From contig JBFWNS010000001.1 in assembly GCA_050250935.1 (NCBI GenBank), positions 96,001-160,000 on the forward strand: 64,000 bases of DNA, written 5' to 3'. Of this stretch, positions 1 to 11,283 are shown in pieces. The position numbers and the translations under genes were made by a program. The first letter of the stretch is position 1, and every line of letters begins with the position of its first letter. The notes below the pieces were generated by a model that searched no databases, was not told the origin of the DNA, and saw only the letters and a program-made list of their open reading frames with translations. Source of the stretch: Candidatus Margulisiibacteriota bacterium (GTDB taxonomy: Bacteria; Margulisbacteria; Marinamargulisbacteria; JBFWNS01).

Positions 1-1248
1 AGCGTTTTACATTTTGAATCTGAAATTCACTTGTTGTCTTGGTTGAGCACCCAACCCGCTCTGGGTAAACCCGACATGGCCATTTTGCCGCCCACGGCCA
101 CCCAGGCCCATGCGATTGGCTCCCACGTGCTTTCTGTGTGGTTGGAAGACGAAAAACCAGAACCCCACCGCTGGCACGAACTCTTTGCCCTGATCGAGCA
201 ATTGAAGCAAAGCAATGCCAAACACAAACAGTTTCGTCGCCTGTACGAAGCCACTCACCAAATCTATGCCACGTTAAACATCGAAAAACTGGTTGAAGGG
301 GTGGTTGAAGCCCTGCACATCTGCCTGGAAGCCGATGGGGTTGGTATGTTTTTATTGGACAATGCTGGCCAATTGGTTTTGCGGGCCTATCGTGGCGATT
401 TGTCGCTATCGGATGCGGAACTGGCCCTGCTAGAGCCCAGCTTAACCGAATCTGCCCTGAAATTTAACGCCGAAAAAACCCTGTCTTATAAACGACTGGC
501 CAACGACGAACGCACCTTTGGCGTTCTGGTGATTCGCAAACACCAGGGCTTTCACAGCAGCGACGACGAAGAGCTGCTTCACGAAATCGCCACCCACACC
601 TCCCGAGCCATTGAAAACGCCCAGTTGTTTTCCACCGTCGAAATGTTGGCCATGCAAGATGGTTTAACCGAACTGTTTAACCGCTACTATTTTCAAGCCA
701 ATATCGGCATTGAATTGGCCAGGGCCAAGCGGCATTTGTATCACATTTCGTTGTTGATGCTCGACATCGATCACTTTAAACGGGTCAACGATCACTATGG
801 GCATCAGGTTGGTGACGAGGTCTTAAAACATGTGGCCGACATCTTCAAAGCCACTGTTCGAAAATCCGATATCGTGGCCCGTTATGGCGGCGAAGAAATG
901 GTGGGGGTTTTGATTGGCTGTTCGGATGCAGATGCCCTTTTATTGGCCGAAAAAATCCGAGAAAAAATCGAACAAAGCACCCTAACCGCCGTAAACCTTC
1001 ACACCCCCGATGCCCCAGCCGAGCGCATTCCTTTAACCGTGAGCATTGGTGTTTCTTCTTACCCCGAAGACTTTGCCCATTCCCAAAAGGCCATCTCGTT
1101 TTTGTCCGAACACAATGCGCCTCTCGAGGAAGATTTGCTGGTTTACATGGCCGACAAAGCCCTTTACCGCGCCAAAAAACATGGGCGCAACCAGGTCTTA
1201 AGCTACAAAAAGGTCCAGGGAAAATCGCTGGAAAATCCCCTCCACTGA
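1..1248 (+). CDS. GAF + GGDEF diguanylate cyclase (5' partial; frame open from window start)
   Basis: GAF-like segment, then DGLTELFNR, DIDHFKRVND, RKSD I-site, RYGGEE, ADKALYRAK motifs; no stop in frame from position 1. Confidence 0.92.
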   Translation, partial: SVLHFESEIHLLSWLSTQPALGKPDMAILPPTATQAHAIGSHVLSVWLEDEKPEPHRWHELFALIEQLKQSNAKHKQFRRLYEATHQIYATLNIEKLVEGVVEALHICLEADGVGMFLLDNAGQLVLRAYRGDLSLSDAELALLEPSLTESALKFNAEKTLSYKRLANDERTFGVLVIRKHQGFHSSDDEELLHEIATHTSRAIENAQLFSTVEMLAMQDGLTELFNRYYFQANIGIELARAKRHLYHISLLMLDIDHFKRVNDHYGHQVGDEVLKHVADIFKATVRKSDIVARYGGEEMVGVLIGCSDADALLLAEKIREKIEQSTLTAVNLHTPDAPAERIPLTVSIGVSSYPEDFAHSQKAISFLSEHNAPLEEDLLVYMADKALYRAKKHGRNQVLSYKKVQGKSLENPLH

Positions 1249-1260
1249 CGCACGAAACTG

Positions 1261-1269
1261 TGGTATAGT
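1261..1269 (+). promoter_or_regulatory. Extended -10 promoter candidate for ftsZ
   Basis: TGgTATAGT about 40 nt upstream of the GTG; AAGGAG SD follows. Confidence 0.5.
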
Positions 1270-1307
1270 GGACGAAATTTATTCCCCTCATTTCAAGGAG
1301 CTTCAGC

Positions 1308-2468
1308 GTGTCTAGCGAAAACCTCAAACAATTTGCCAATATCAAAGTTGTGGGCGTGGGTGGTGCCGGTGGAAACGCAGTTAACCGTATGGTTAGCTCT
1401 GGTGTTAAAGGGGTGGAATTTTGGGCCATCAATACCGATATTCAAGCGTTGAATGTCTCGTTGGCCGATCATAAACTTCAAATTGGAAACAAACTCACCA
1501 AAGGTCTTGGCGGTGGCGCCACGCCTGCCGTTGGGGAAGAGGCCGCCAAAGAGAGCTTGGAAGATGTCGAATCGGCCATTGAAGGTGCCGACATGGTCTT
1601 TATTACAGCCGGGATGGGTGGTGGAACCGGCACTGGGGCTGCCCCAACTGTTGCCCGCTTGGCCAAAGAACAAGGGGCTTTAACCATTGGGGTTGTCACC
1701 AAGCCATTTCGCTTTGAAGGTCCGGTTCGGGCCCGCCAAGCCGAAGAAGGGGTTCGCCGCCTTCGCGAGCATGTGGACGCCCTGATTGTGATTCCCAACG
1801 ACAAATTGCTTCAAGTGGTAGAACGCATGACCTCGATGATTGAAGCCTTTAAAATCGCCGATGATGTACTGCGCCAAGGCGTTCAAGGTATTGCGGACTT
1901 GATTACCATTCCAGGGCTCATCAACCTCGACTTTGCCGACGTTAAAACCATCATGAAAGACTCGGGCTCTGCCATGATGGGCATTGGACGTGCATCGGGC
2001 GAAAATCGGGCCGTGGTGGCTGCCGAACAAGCCATTTCTTCTCCCCTTCTCGAGGAGACCATCAACGGGGCTACTGGCGTTATTTTGAACATTACCGGCG
2101 GCGAATCCTTGTCTTTGCACGAGGTTCACGACGCAGCTGATGTGATTTACAGCTCGGTAGATCCCGAAGCCAACATCGTGTTTGGCTCAGTCATCGACGA
2201 GCGTTTGGGCGAAGAGCTGATGATTACCGTGATTGCCACTGGTTTTCGTCGCACCAAAACCGAAACCGGACAACGGGCCTTTTTTAGCGCCACCCGCATT
2301 CGCGAAACCTTTGAACCCGCCCAAGAAACCGTTGTTGAACAACGCGAAACCTTGATCGAAACCCAAATGGAAGCGGTCACCACTGCCTTTTCTGGCACCC
2401 CACTGACCAGCCCAGACAAAGAAGATTTCGATTTGGATGTGCCGGCGTTTTTAAGAAATATTAATTGA
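1308..2468 (+). CDS. ftsZ: Cell division protein FtsZ
   Basis: [22 protein letters not shown] tubulin signature, INLDFADV, C-terminal [11 protein letters not shown] start with SD. Confidence 0.99.
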   Translation: MSSENLKQFANIKVVGVGGAGGNAVNRMVSSGVKGVEFWAINTDIQALNVSLADHKLQIGNKLTKGLGGGATPAVGEEAAKESLEDVESAIEGADMVFITAGMGGGTGTGAAPTVARLAKEQGALTIGVVTKPFRFEGPVRARQAEEGVRRLREHVDALIVIPNDKLLQVVERMTSMIEAFKIADDVLRQGVQGIADLITIPGLINLDFADVKTIMKDSGSAMMGIGRASGENRAVVAAEQAISSPLLEETINGATGVILNITGGESLSLHEVHDAADVIYSSVDPEANIVFGSVIDERLGEELMITVIATGFRRTKTETGQRAFFSATRIRETFEPAQETVVEQRETLIETQMEAVTTAFSGTPLTSPDKEDFDLDVPAFLRNIN

Positions 2469-2475
2469 TTATAAA

Positions 2476-2529
2476 CACAAATGCACAGCATTTGTGAGTC
2501 GGCCGCTGAAGCAAGTTCATCGGCCTCGC
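2476..2529. terminator. Tandem hairpins between convergent ftsZ and rph
   Basis: Perfect 9-bp IR CACAAATGC-aca-GCATTTGTG (2476-2496), then GGCCG.TGAA/TTCA.CGGCC stem; no clear U-tract. Confidence 0.45.
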
Positions 2530-2563
2530 TAAAGATAAAATTTAGGGCTTAACGGGGATAGGG

Positions 2564-3277
2564 CTATCTGGTTTCTTGTTTGATTCTGGTGATCATCTCC
2601 GACAAGGTGCCGGAAGCGGTTGCTAGCATTTTTTGAAGGGTGTCTTGGGCGAAGGGCTCTTGTTCTGCTGTGCCTTGGATTTCGACAAACCGGCCGGATT
2701 CGGTCATGACCACATTCATGTCGACCTCGGCTTGGGAATCTTCTTCGTAGCATAAATCGCAGACCACTTGGCCTCGTACTACCCCAACACTGATGGCCGC
2801 CAACCATTCTTTGATCGGCGAAACCTTTAAATGACCGTTACGCTGCATCCAAACCACCGCATCATACAAGGCAATCATGCCGCCGGTGATGGCTGCAGTT
2901 CGGGTGCCGCCATCCGCTTGGATGACGTCCGCGTCGATGTGAATGGTTCGCTCGCCCAATAAATCAAAATCCAAAACAGCTCGAAGGGATCGGCCAATCA
3001 GGCGTTGGATCTCGTTGGTTCGGCCAGAGGCTTTGCCCTTGTTAACCTCGCGTTGGGACCGGGTGTGGGTGGAAGACGGCAACAGCGAATATTCTGCGCT
3101 TAGCCAACCGGTGCCTTTATCTCGCAAAAAAGGCGGTACTTTTTCCTCGATGGTGGCTGTGCACAACACCTTGGTTTCGCCAAAAGCAATCAAAACAGAG
3201 CCTGGGGCATAGCGGGTGAAGGATCGTTGGATACTGAGGGGACGCATTTCGGCGTTGGAACGGTTATCGAGTCTCAT
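2564..3277 (-). CDS. rph: Ribonuclease PH
   Basis: [53 protein letters not shown]; start set at MRLDNR. Confidence 0.97.
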   Translation of the reverse strand: MRLDNRSNAEMRPLSIQRSFTRYAPGSVLIAFGETKVLCTATIEEKVPPFLRDKGTGWLSAEYSLLPSSTHTRSQREVNKGKASGRTNEIQRLIGRSLRAVLDFDLLGERTIHIDADVIQADGGTRTAAITGGMIALYDAVVWMQRNGHLKVSPIKEWLAAISVGVVRGQVVCDLCYEEDSQAEVDMNVVMTESGRFVEIQGTAEQEPFAQDTLQKMLATASGTLSEMITRIKQETR

Positions 3278-3746
3278 CGGTGGGGGCATCACTTTCTTTG
3301 GGGGATTCGTCTAGCGCTTCGAGTTCTTCTTGCACACAGTCGTGGCGGTGTTGCTGCAACACCTCTCGGCCAGACAAAATGTTGTTCTCAAACCGGATCA
3401 TGTCTTTTTGGAATTTGGTGACCACCAATTGCAGCTGAGCCAGCACTTGGTCGGCATAGTCGTTGGCCCCTTTTTTGATGACAAACGCTTGCTTTTTGGC
3501 CTCTTTTAAAGCGTGATTAACGGTATTTTCTGGGTTTTCTGTCTCTAGAATCTCGTCTTCTTGCAGGTGCAATTCCACGTTGTCTCGAACAGAACCTCCC
3601 GCTTTAATGGTGAGCCGAATTTTATCGATAATGGACAAAATGTGGTGCTCATCCAACATTACACGGCCGGTCATGGGAATTTTGGAGCCTTCCAAAACCG
3701 TAGCCTCCAACGCGTCAATTAATCCCAACAATTCATTCATAGCCAA
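3264..3746 (-). CDS. Conserved helical/coiled-coil protein of the kind usually found after coaD (DivIVA/ATP-synthase-B-like)
   Basis: LE..V.EG.KIPMTG and GA.DYAD.VL..L motifs; coupled to coaD and rph. Confidence 0.7.
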   Translation of the reverse strand: MAMNELLGLIDALEATVLEGSKIPMTGRVMLDEHHILSIIDKIRLTIKAGGSVRDNVELHLQEDEILETENPENTVNHALKEAKKQAFVIKKGANDYADQVLAQLQLVVTKFQKDMIRFENNILSGREVLQQHRHDCVQEELEALDESPKESDAPTDETR

Positions 3747-4215
3747 ACTTCTTTCTTAACGCCGCTTCTACCGGTGCCGGTAAAAAAGCGCGAACATCAC
3801 CTTTGTATTGTGCCACTTGGCGGACCACACTGGAACTTAAATAAGCATACTGGATATCGGTCATAAAAAACACCGTGTCCACCTCGGGACACAACTCGCG
3901 GTTGGTCAGGGCCATCTGAAATTCATAATCAAAATCGGACACAGCCCGCAAACCCCTTACAATTGTAAACACCTCTTGTTGCTTTGCAAAATCCACCAAC
4001 AATCCCTGAAAGCCTTCCACCGTGATGTTGGGCTGATCCTTAAACACCTCGCGAATGAGGGTGATGCGCTCTTCGACCGAAAACAAGGGGGTTTTTGCCG
4101 GATTGTGGATGACGCCAAGAATCAGCTGATCGAACTGCCGACAAGCCCGCTTAACAATGTCCACATGGCCGTTGGTGATGGGGTCGAAACTTCCGGGATA
4201 CAGGGCTTTTTTCAT
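3733..4215 (-). CDS. coaD: Phosphopantetheine adenylyltransferase
   Basis: YPGSFDPITNGH, RGLRAVSDFDYE, LSSSVVR. Confidence 0.98.
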   Translation of the reverse strand: MKKALYPGSFDPITNGHVDIVKRACRQFDQLILGVIHNPAKTPLFSVEERITLIREVFKDQPNITVEGFQGLLVDFAKQQEVFTIVRGLRAVSDFDYEFQMALTNRELCPEVDTVFFMTDIQYAYLSSSVVRQVAQYKGDVRAFLPAPVEAALRKKFGYE

Positions 4216-4775
4216 GGTGATTTTTTCTGAATAAAGGAGAGGATGGCGTTGCCGTAATCGTACTGATGGGTCAACTGAAACGGGGTTTCTAAATCGGCCA
4301 AAACAGCCTTTAAATCCAAGCGTTTGTTGTGCTCGAAAATGGCCAAACCGCGGTCGGATAGTATATCAAAATCGGCCATGGCCTTCAACAAAGTGCCGTA
4401 ATAGTGGTGTCGGTCCCAGGGCGGATCGAAGAACAGAAAATCGGCTTTGGCTTTGGTTCTGCGCAGGAAATGGAGAACGGGAAGTTGAGCGATTTCGAAC
4501 GGGGGGGTTTCAAAATACGGCGCAATCTGCGCCGTATTTTGGTGGACACTGGCGGTGTCCACGTCTACGAAGTAGACAAACCCTCCCCCCCGGGACAAGG
4601 CTTCGAGCCCGATTCCGCCCGTTCCACAGCACAAATCCATAAAGACTTGGCCTTTAATGCGGTCTCCCAAAATGCTAAACAAGGCCTCTTTGACCTTGTC
4701 TTGGGTGGGCCGAAACGCCCGGTCTTTGGGGCTTTGGAGGCGGCGTCCTTTAAATTCACCAGCAATAATGCGCAT
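4212..4775 (-). CDS. rsmD: 16S rRNA m2G966 methyltransferase
   Basis: MRIIAGEFKGR, RPTQDKVKEALF, GLEALSRG, DPPW; start reset to MRIIAG. Confidence 0.93.
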   Translation of the reverse strand: MRIIAGEFKGRRLQSPKDRAFRPTQDKVKEALFSILGDRIKGQVFMDLCCGTGGIGLEALSRGGGFVYFVDVDTASVHQNTAQIAPYFETPPFEIAQLPVLHFLRRTKAKADFLFFDPPWDRHHYYGTLLKAMADFDILSDRGLAIFEHNKRLDLKAVLADLETPFQLTHQYDYGNAILSFIQKKSP

Positions 4776-6844
4776 CAATCCAGCTCCACTTCGAAAACAG
4801 ATTTGTAAGAGGATAACAGGGTTTGGCGCAACCCGCGATGTTGGGGGGCTTGCAGGCGGGGGTCCAATTCCCAAACCGCAGTCGCCGCCGTGTGGGCCTG
4901 GGCCAAGGTTTCTTGGTCCCTAACCAAATCCCCGACTTTAAAATCCGGCAACCCGGACTGCCGAATCCCCAATACATCGCCAGGCCCACGAATTTGAAGG
5001 TCGTGTTCGGCCAATTTAAAGCCATCGGTGGTGGACAACAGCGCTTTAATGCGTTGCTTGGCCGTATCGGTTTTGGGATCAGCAATCAAAAAACAAAACG
5101 AATCCCCTGGCCCTCGGCCAATGCGGCCCCGAAGTTGGTGCAACACCGATAGCCCAAAGCGTTCGGCATGTTGAATCACCATCACGGAGGCGTTGGGCAC
5201 ATCGATGCCCACTTCGATGACGGTGGTGGCTACCAGCACATCCAGTTCTCGGGCCTTAAACGCGGCCATGATGGCTTGTTTTTGAGCCGCCGGCAATTTG
5301 CCATGAATCAGGCCCACTTTATGGGCTTTAAAAACGGTCTGTTGCAAGGTTTCAAATCCTTCGATGGCGGATTTTAAATCTAGCTTTTCGGACTCTTCGA
5401 CCAAGGGATACACCACATACACCTGCCGTCCTTTGGCCAATTGTTCGGCACAAAACCGATAGACCTTGTCCAAGCTTTCTTCTTTAAAAAACAGGGTTTT
5501 AGGTGGGGTGCGGCCCGGTGGCAATTCCCCAATAATGGATTTTTCCAAATTCCCAAAATAGGTTAAAGACAAAGACCTTGGAATCGGGGTAGCCGTCATA
5601 AACAGGCAGTGGGGACAGCCCCCTTTGTTTCTTAAATTAAGCCGTTGCAACACCCCAAAGCGGTGTTGTTCGTCCACCACCATCAGTCCCAAATTGGCCA
5701 GCAAAACCCCCTCTTCCAACAACGCATGGGTGCCGATAACGACGCAGGGTTCGGGGGCAGCCAAGCGGTCTCGGTTTGCTTTTTTTTCTTTGGCCGTGGG
5801 TTTGCCTTTGATTAACACCGTTTCAATACCCAGGGGTGAAAGCCGTTCTTGAAACCGAAAAAAATGTTGTTGGGCCAAAATTTCGGTGGGAACCATTACC
5901 GCAGCTTTCAGACCCGATTGAATGGCAAACAAGGCGGCCATCAGGGCCACATCGGTTTTTCCAGATCCAACGTCGCCTTGAAGCAGTCGGTTCATCATGG
6001 TTGGGGTTTGGACATCGGCTGCCACATCGGCAATGGCCTGGCATTGCGCCTGGGTCAGGGCATAGCTTAATTGGGACAAATAGGCCTCGATCAAGGGACC
6101 TTGGGTTTGCAAAATAGGGCTGGGCTGGGGTTGTTTTACCGATTTTCGTTTTAACAACAAAGACAGCTGTAAAAAGAAAAACTCCTCAAACACCAAGCGT
6201 TTTCTGGCCTGCAAAAAATCGGTTCCCCCTTTTGGAAAATGTAGGGTTTGCAGGGCCCAGGGCAAGGGTTTAAGCTTGTAGGTTTGTCGCAACCCTTCTG
6301 GAAACGGTTCGTCCACCTGCCCCACAAACTGGGGGATGATGGTTTGGGCAAACTGGCGCAGTCGTTTTTGGGGCATTCCTGACACAGTTGGATAAACCGG
6401 AACCACCCGCCCCAACTGGGTTTGAAGCTCGGCCACATCGGCATAAAATTCGGCATCCTGCACCGACACTTCGGTCTCAAAAAGAGTGGCCCGCTCTACT
6501 TTTCCCCTAAAAATCAGCCACCGGCCTTCAACCACCACTTTTTTAAGGTAGGGTTGGTTAAACCAAACCAGGGTGATGGTGGTTCTGCCATCGGTTACGG
6601 CCGCTTTGATCAGGCTCATTTTTTTGGCTTTGTGCTCGATGACCCGAACAATTTGCCCAAAGGCTGTCACCACCTCGCCTTGTGGCAGTTGATTGAGGTG
6701 GGGAAGCTGACGGCGATCGTCATAGGACTTGGGGAAAAAAAACAGAAAATCCCGGACGGTGACCAACTGCAACTTCACTAGCACGTTGGCAAAATGAGGA
6801 CCAATGCCTTTGATGTACTGAAGGCTGGTGTCGAGAGCCCCCAT
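4775..6844 (-). CDS. recG: ATP-dependent DNA helicase RecG
   Basis: Wedge OB domain, QGDVGSGKT, DEQHRFG, MTATPIPRS, QLRGRIGRG, RGPG. Confidence 0.98.
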   Translation of the reverse strand: MGALDTSLQYIKGIGPHFANVLVKLQLVTVRDFLFFFPKSYDDRRQLPHLNQLPQGEVVTAFGQIVRVIEHKAKKMSLIKAAVTDGRTTITLVWFNQPYLKKVVVEGRWLIFRGKVERATLFETEVSVQDAEFYADVAELQTQLGRVVPVYPTVSGMPQKRLRQFAQTIIPQFVGQVDEPFPEGLRQTYKLKPLPWALQTLHFPKGGTDFLQARKRLVFEEFFFLQLSLLLKRKSVKQPQPSPILQTQGPLIEAYLSQLSYALTQAQCQAIADVAADVQTPTMMNRLLQGDVGSGKTDVALMAALFAIQSGLKAAVMVPTEILAQQHFFRFQERLSPLGIETVLIKGKPTAKEKKANRDRLAAPEPCVVIGTHALLEEGVLLANLGLMVVDEQHRFGVLQRLNLRNKGGCPHCLFMTATPIPRSLSLTYFGNLEKSIIGELPPGRTPPKTLFFKEESLDKVYRFCAEQLAKGRQVYVVYPLVEESEKLDLKSAIEGFETLQQTVFKAHKVGLIHGKLPAAQKQAIMAAFKARELDVLVATTVIEVGIDVPNASVMVIQHAERFGLSVLHQLRGRIGRGPGDSFCFLIADPKTDTAKQRIKALLSTTDGFKLAEHDLQIRGPGDVLGIRQSGLPDFKVGDLVRDQETLAQAHTAATAVWELDPRLQAPQHRGLRQTLLSSYKSVFEVELD

Positions 6845-7779
6845 TACCCGGCTTGAAGAATTTGATCCAGCACGGTGGTGATGTCGTCTAGGGTCCACAC
6901 ATTGGCCAATTGGCTTCGGTATTGTCGGGCCCCAGGAATGGCTTTGACGTAGGACAACAGGTGCTTTCGCATTTCTCTGGCGCCAACCTCTGGCCCTTTA
7001 CTCTCGATCATCCACTGGGCGTGTTGCAAAATTAAAGGGACTTTTTCGGCAAAGGTTTTGGGAGGCCCATCAGGGGCAAACACCCAGGGATTGCCAAAGG
7101 TGGCCTGGCCAATCAAAAACCCATCCAAATTGCCCAGTTTGGCCAAGCCATCGGCCCTGTCCTCGACCCCACCATTTCCCAAAACAGGAATCGACAGGTG
7201 ACGTTTGAGTTCGTAAATAGGGTTCCAATCGGCCGGAACATTGTAGGGTTCGACATAGGTTCTGCCATGAATACAAATCATGTTGGCGCCTGCATTTTGG
7301 GCCCCGATACCAAATTCGACCAACCCCTCGGCATTGCCCCAGCCCAATCTGGTTTTCACCGAGACCGGCAAGGCTGTTGCTGTGGCCACGGCTTCGATTA
7401 AATCAAAGGCCAGACCTTCTTTTTTGCGCAGGGCAACACCATGCTCTGATTTCACGACTTTTTTAGAGGGGCAACCCATGTTGATATCCACGCCTGTAAA
7501 GCCCATGTCTTCGCACAATTTTGCGGCTGCCACAAAGGTTTCCCTGTTTTTACCAAAAATTTGGGCCAAAATGGGTTGTTCGCTCGCATCAAAAGCCAAT
7601 TTTTGTTTAACCTTGGCTGCACTATGAAACAGCCCATCCGCCGAGGTAAATTCGGTATAGGTGATCACCTCGGGATTGACGGCTTTGCAGAGCCTTCGAA
7701 AGGCCGAATCCGAATACCCATCCATGGGTGAAACCCCGATGATGGGCTTTGGAAAGTCTTGCCAGAAATTTTTGTGCAT
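6844..7779 (-). CDS. dusB: tRNA-dihydrouridine synthase (DusB-like)
   Basis: PMDG, DINMGCP, VSVKTRLG, HGRT, GNGG motifs. Confidence 0.88.
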   Translation of the reverse strand: MHKNFWQDFPKPIIGVSPMDGYSDSAFRRLCKAVNPEVITYTEFTSADGLFHSAAKVKQKLAFDASEQPILAQIFGKNRETFVAAAKLCEDMGFTGVDINMGCPSKKVVKSEHGVALRKKEGLAFDLIEAVATATALPVSVKTRLGWGNAEGLVEFGIGAQNAGANMICIHGRTYVEPYNVPADWNPIYELKRHLSIPVLGNGGVEDRADGLAKLGNLDGFLIGQATFGNPWVFAPDGPPKTFAEKVPLILQHAQWMIESKGPEVGAREMRKHLLSYVKAIPGARQYRSQLANVWTLDDITTVLDQILQAG

Positions 7780-10008
7780 CTAGACCAATTCTGCTTCGCG
7801 GGTTTGAACCAACGCTTCAACAGCAAATTCAAAGCTTTCGTCGGCGGCTTGAAGCCGGAGGATGGGTTGAAGGGTCGTGGTCCCAATGGCTTCGTATACC
7901 AGATTTCCAGACTCCAAAATTGCGGTTACAGCCGTCATGTTTTCTCGTTTAACGGCGATCACATAGCCCCCGTTTTCGGAAAAGAGGAAGGGAACTGCGT
8001 TTTGGCTGGTGTTCAGGGTCATGCCCACCTTGGCCAAACCATGTTCGCCAACCACCATTTCAACCAGGGTTTGCCAAGCACCCCCCGAAGAAATGTCGTG
8101 GGCGGCCTGAATCAATCCTTTTTGATTGAGGGCGTACATCGCTTGATTCATGGCCTGCTCTTCATCAAAACGAACCTGGGGCGCCACCTCGGCTTCAGAG
8201 ACCCAAGGGGCCACCTGGGTTCCCCCAAATTCGGCATAGCGTTTTCCGAGCAGGATGAGCTGTAAATCGGCTTCATGAACCTGAAGGGTCACGGCTTTTT
8301 GATAGGCCTCCAGCTTGCCCACCACCACAATCACTGGGGAAGGGACAACCGCTGTGCCTTGTTTTGAATCGTTGTAAAAACTCACATTCCCCGAAATGAT
8401 GGGAATGGGTTCTCCAGGCAGGAAACTTAAGCCACGGGCAGCATCGGCAATCCCTTTAACCCCTTGTTCAAAATCAAAAAAGACGCTGGGATTTTCAGGG
8501 TTTCCATAGTTCAAACAATCCGTCAGTGCCAAGGGTCTTGCCCCAACGGCGACCACATTGCGAACCCCTTCGGCCACGGCATAGGCCCCGCTGATGTAGG
8601 GATCTACTGTGCCATACACGTTGCTGTCGATGGAAACGGCTACGGCCGCATCGCAGCCCGGAATGGGGGTTACCACACAGGCATCGGCCTCGCCAGGATA
8701 CACCACCGCATCGCCCCGAACCGCGTTATCAAAAAAGCGATACACCCGACGGAGGCTTTGGTTTTGTCTGTTCTTTAAGAGGGTCTGGGCAATGGTCTGG
8801 GCCGAGGCTTTAGCGTAAGACGGCTTGGCCTGTTTTTGAAGGGGTCTTTCTTGTTTTTGGCGCTGAACCCGAACTTCGGTGGTAATGGCATGGATGGGGA
8901 TTTCAGTGACCACTTGTTCTTTGTGAATCAGACGGTAAACCGGTTCGTTCAAGACCTCGCCCACCACCACAGCCCCGGCGTTGGGATAGAGTTCCGGTAA
9001 AGCAAAGGTCTCGTTAAAACAGGTCAAAACCTCGGGAGTAAACCATCGGGGCACGACCACACAAAAGCGTTCTTGGGTTTCAGAACAGGCAATAATTTCG
9101 GGGGATAAATTGGGAATGACCGTATTCACCGCATCCAAATGCACCACGACACCAAAGCCGCTGGCCGCTGCAATTTCAGAGGTGACGCAAGAAATGCCCC
9201 CGGCACCCAGGTCTTTAAACCCAATGGGCACCTGTTTGTCGGCCACTTGTTTTAGCATGGCTTTGATGGCCTCGACCAACACCCGTTTTAAAAAAGGATC
9301 ATGCACCTGCACGGCCCCAACATTGGTGGCCTTGTCGTCGGTGTCCAAAGTGGTGGACGAAAAACTAGCCCCACCAAATCCGGTGGCATCGGTGGATTTG
9401 CCCATTAAAATCACATCATAAGGCTCGGTTTTGGCTTGTTCGGGCACATAGCTGTGGATGATGGCATCTTCAGTGACCAATCCCAAAGCCGCAACGTTGA
9501 CCAAGCAATTGTCGTTGTACGAGGGGTGATACACCGTTTCCCCGCCCAACACGGGAACCCCCAAGGGATTGGCGTAATCGGACACCCCAAAAATGACACC
9601 CCGTTCAATTTCGCTGGCATGGTCGGAACCAACGCCAAAATGCAGGGAATTCAACACCCCAATCACATCGGCGCCCATACAATAGACGTCCCGCACCACG
9701 CCCCCTACCCCAGTGGCGGCCCCTTCCACAGGTAAAATTTGGGACGGGTGATTGTGGGATTCGTGGGAAATGGCAATGCAATACTGCTTTCCGTTGTGTT
9801 GGGCAAACCGCACAATGCCAGAATCTTCGCCAATGCCCAACGCCACCTCGGAGCCTTTGGTTGGCAAATGGGCTTTCAGAATTTCCTTGCTGCTTTTATA
9901 CGAGCAGTGTTCCGACCACATGGTATCGAAAATGTGTTTTTCAACTTCCGAAGGCACACGGCCTAAAATGGTTTCAATTTGGGCTAAATCCGAGGCAGAT
10001 AAATTCAT
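7780..10008 (-). CDS. purL: Phosphoribosylformylglycinamidine synthase II (small-type PurL)
   Basis: [53 protein letters not shown]. Confidence 0.96.
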   Translation of the reverse strand: MNLSASDLAQIETILGRVPSEVEKHIFDTMWSEHCSYKSSKEILKAHLPTKGSEVALGIGEDSGIVRFAQHNGKQYCIAISHESHNHPSQILPVEGAATGVGGVVRDVYCMGADVIGVLNSLHFGVGSDHASEIERGVIFGVSDYANPLGVPVLGGETVYHPSYNDNCLVNVAALGLVTEDAIIHSYVPEQAKTEPYDVILMGKSTDATGFGGASFSSTTLDTDDKATNVGAVQVHDPFLKRVLVEAIKAMLKQVADKQVPIGFKDLGAGGISCVTSEIAAASGFGVVVHLDAVNTVIPNLSPEIIACSETQERFCVVVPRWFTPEVLTCFNETFALPELYPNAGAVVVGEVLNEPVYRLIHKEQVVTEIPIHAITTEVRVQRQKQERPLQKQAKPSYAKASAQTIAQTLLKNRQNQSLRRVYRFFDNAVRGDAVVYPGEADACVVTPIPGCDAAVAVSIDSNVYGTVDPYISGAYAVAEGVRNVVAVGARPLALTDCLNYGNPENPSVFFDFEQGVKGIADAARGLSFLPGEPIPIISGNVSFYNDSKQGTAVVPSPVIVVVGKLEAYQKAVTLQVHEADLQLILLGKRYAEFGGTQVAPWVSEAEVAPQVRFDEEQAMNQAMYALNQKGLIQAAHDISSGGAWQTLVEMVVGEHGLAKVGMTLNTSQNAVPFLFSENGGYVIAVKRENMTAVTAILESGNLVYEAIGTTTLQPILRLQAADESFEFAVEALVQTREAELV

Positions 10009-11246
10009 ACTAAACTCCTTGATGGGGGGTGAAATTCGTTTTCTAATTTGGCGACCACCAAAGTGGCCACACTGTTTCCGATCAAATTGGTAATGGCACG
10101 CGCTTCAGACATAAATCGATCCACGCCTAAAATCAGGGCAATGCCCCCGAGGGGAATCCACTGTCCCGGCAAGGCCGATAACGTCGCAGCCAAGGTAATA
10201 AACCCAGACCCGGTTACACCGGCTGCCCCCTTAGAGGTCAGCAACAGCACCCCAAAGAGGGTTAACAGTTGGGGAATCCCCAGTGGCACCTGATAGGCAT
10301 GGGCAATAAAAAGAGCCGCCATGCCCAGATAGATGGCCGTGCCATCCAGGTTAAAAGAATACCCTGTTGGGATCACCAATCCAACCACCGATTTTGAGCA
10401 CCCTGCTTTTTCTAGCTTTTCCATGACTTTTGGCAAGGCCGCTTCAGAAGAAGAGGTTCCCAAAACCAACAGCAATTCGTCTTTCAAATAGGCCAAAATC
10501 TGGGTAATGCGAAAGCCAAACAACCGGGCCACAGCCCCCAGCCCCACCAACACAAACAACGCCATGGTGATGTAAACGCAGGCCATCAATTTCCCCAGGG
10601 CCAACAAAGCGCCAACTCCAAAAGTTCCTATGGTATAGGCCATGGCCCCAAACGCCGCAACCGGCGACACCTTCATGATCATATTCACCAATTTAAAAAA
10701 GATGTCGTGCAGGTGATTAATAAAGGTGAGGACCGGTTTAACCGGCTCGCCGCATTGGGCAATGGCAATGCCAAACAGCACCGAAAAAAATAAAATCGGC
10801 AACAAATCGCCTTTGGCCAAGGCCCCCACCACACTGTCTGGAATCATGCTGGCCAAGAAACCGGCCCCATGCCCCGTTTCAGACGCAGCAACCGTGTAAT
10901 GGCTGATATCCACCCCTTTGGCCAAGGCAATATCCACGCCCTTTCCGGGCTGCAACACATGACTCACCCCCAAGCCTATCCCCAAAGCCAAGGTGGTCAC
11001 AATTTCAAAATACAGCAGGGCTTTAACCCCGATGCGTCCGGCTTTTTTAAGATCGTCCATGCCGGCAATGCCCGACACAATGGTTAAGAAAACCACAGGG
11101 GCAATCACCATTTTAACCAGTTTGATAAACCCATCGGACAGCACTTTTAGCGAGGTTCCCCAACTGGGACAGACCACACCAACGGCAATCCCCATCACAA
11201 TGGCGATTAGCACTTGAACCGTTAAATTTCGGTACCAAACTTTCAT
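10005..11246 (-). CDS. dctA: C4-dicarboxylate/cation symporter (DAACS family)
   Basis: [47 protein letters not shown]. Confidence 0.95.
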   Translation of the reverse strand: MKVWYRNLTVQVLIAIVMGIAVGVVCPSWGTSLKVLSDGFIKLVKMVIAPVVFLTIVSGIAGMDDLKKAGRIGVKALLYFEIVTTLALGIGLGVSHVLQPGKGVDIALAKGVDISHYTVAASETGHGAGFLASMIPDSVVGALAKGDLLPILFFSVLFGIAIAQCGEPVKPVLTFINHLHDIFFKLVNMIMKVSPVAAFGAMAYTIGTFGVGALLALGKLMACVYITMALFVLVGLGAVARLFGFRITQILAYLKDELLLVLGTSSSEAALPKVMEKLEKAGCSKSVVGLVIPTGYSFNLDGTAIYLGMAALFIAHAYQVPLGIPQLLTLFGVLLLTSKGAAGVTGSGFITLAATLSALPGQWIPLGGIALILGVDRFMSEARAITNLIGNSVATLVVAKLENEFHPPSRSLV

Positions 11247-11257
11247 CTGGTGTTACT

Positions 11258-11280
11258 CTAACAAATTGTACTATTGTTAG
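11258..11280. promoter_or_regulatory. Inverted repeat (possible operator) in the dctA/AEC divergent gap
   Basis: CTAACAA-N9-TTGTTAG in a 37-nt gap, overlapping -10-like hexamers on both strands. Confidence 0.35.
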
Positions 11281-11283
11281 GCC

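Noticed and set aside
7780..10008. purL without purQ/purS as a defective pathway
   Set aside because: Scattered pur genes are common and the partners may lie outside the window; PurL motifs are intact.
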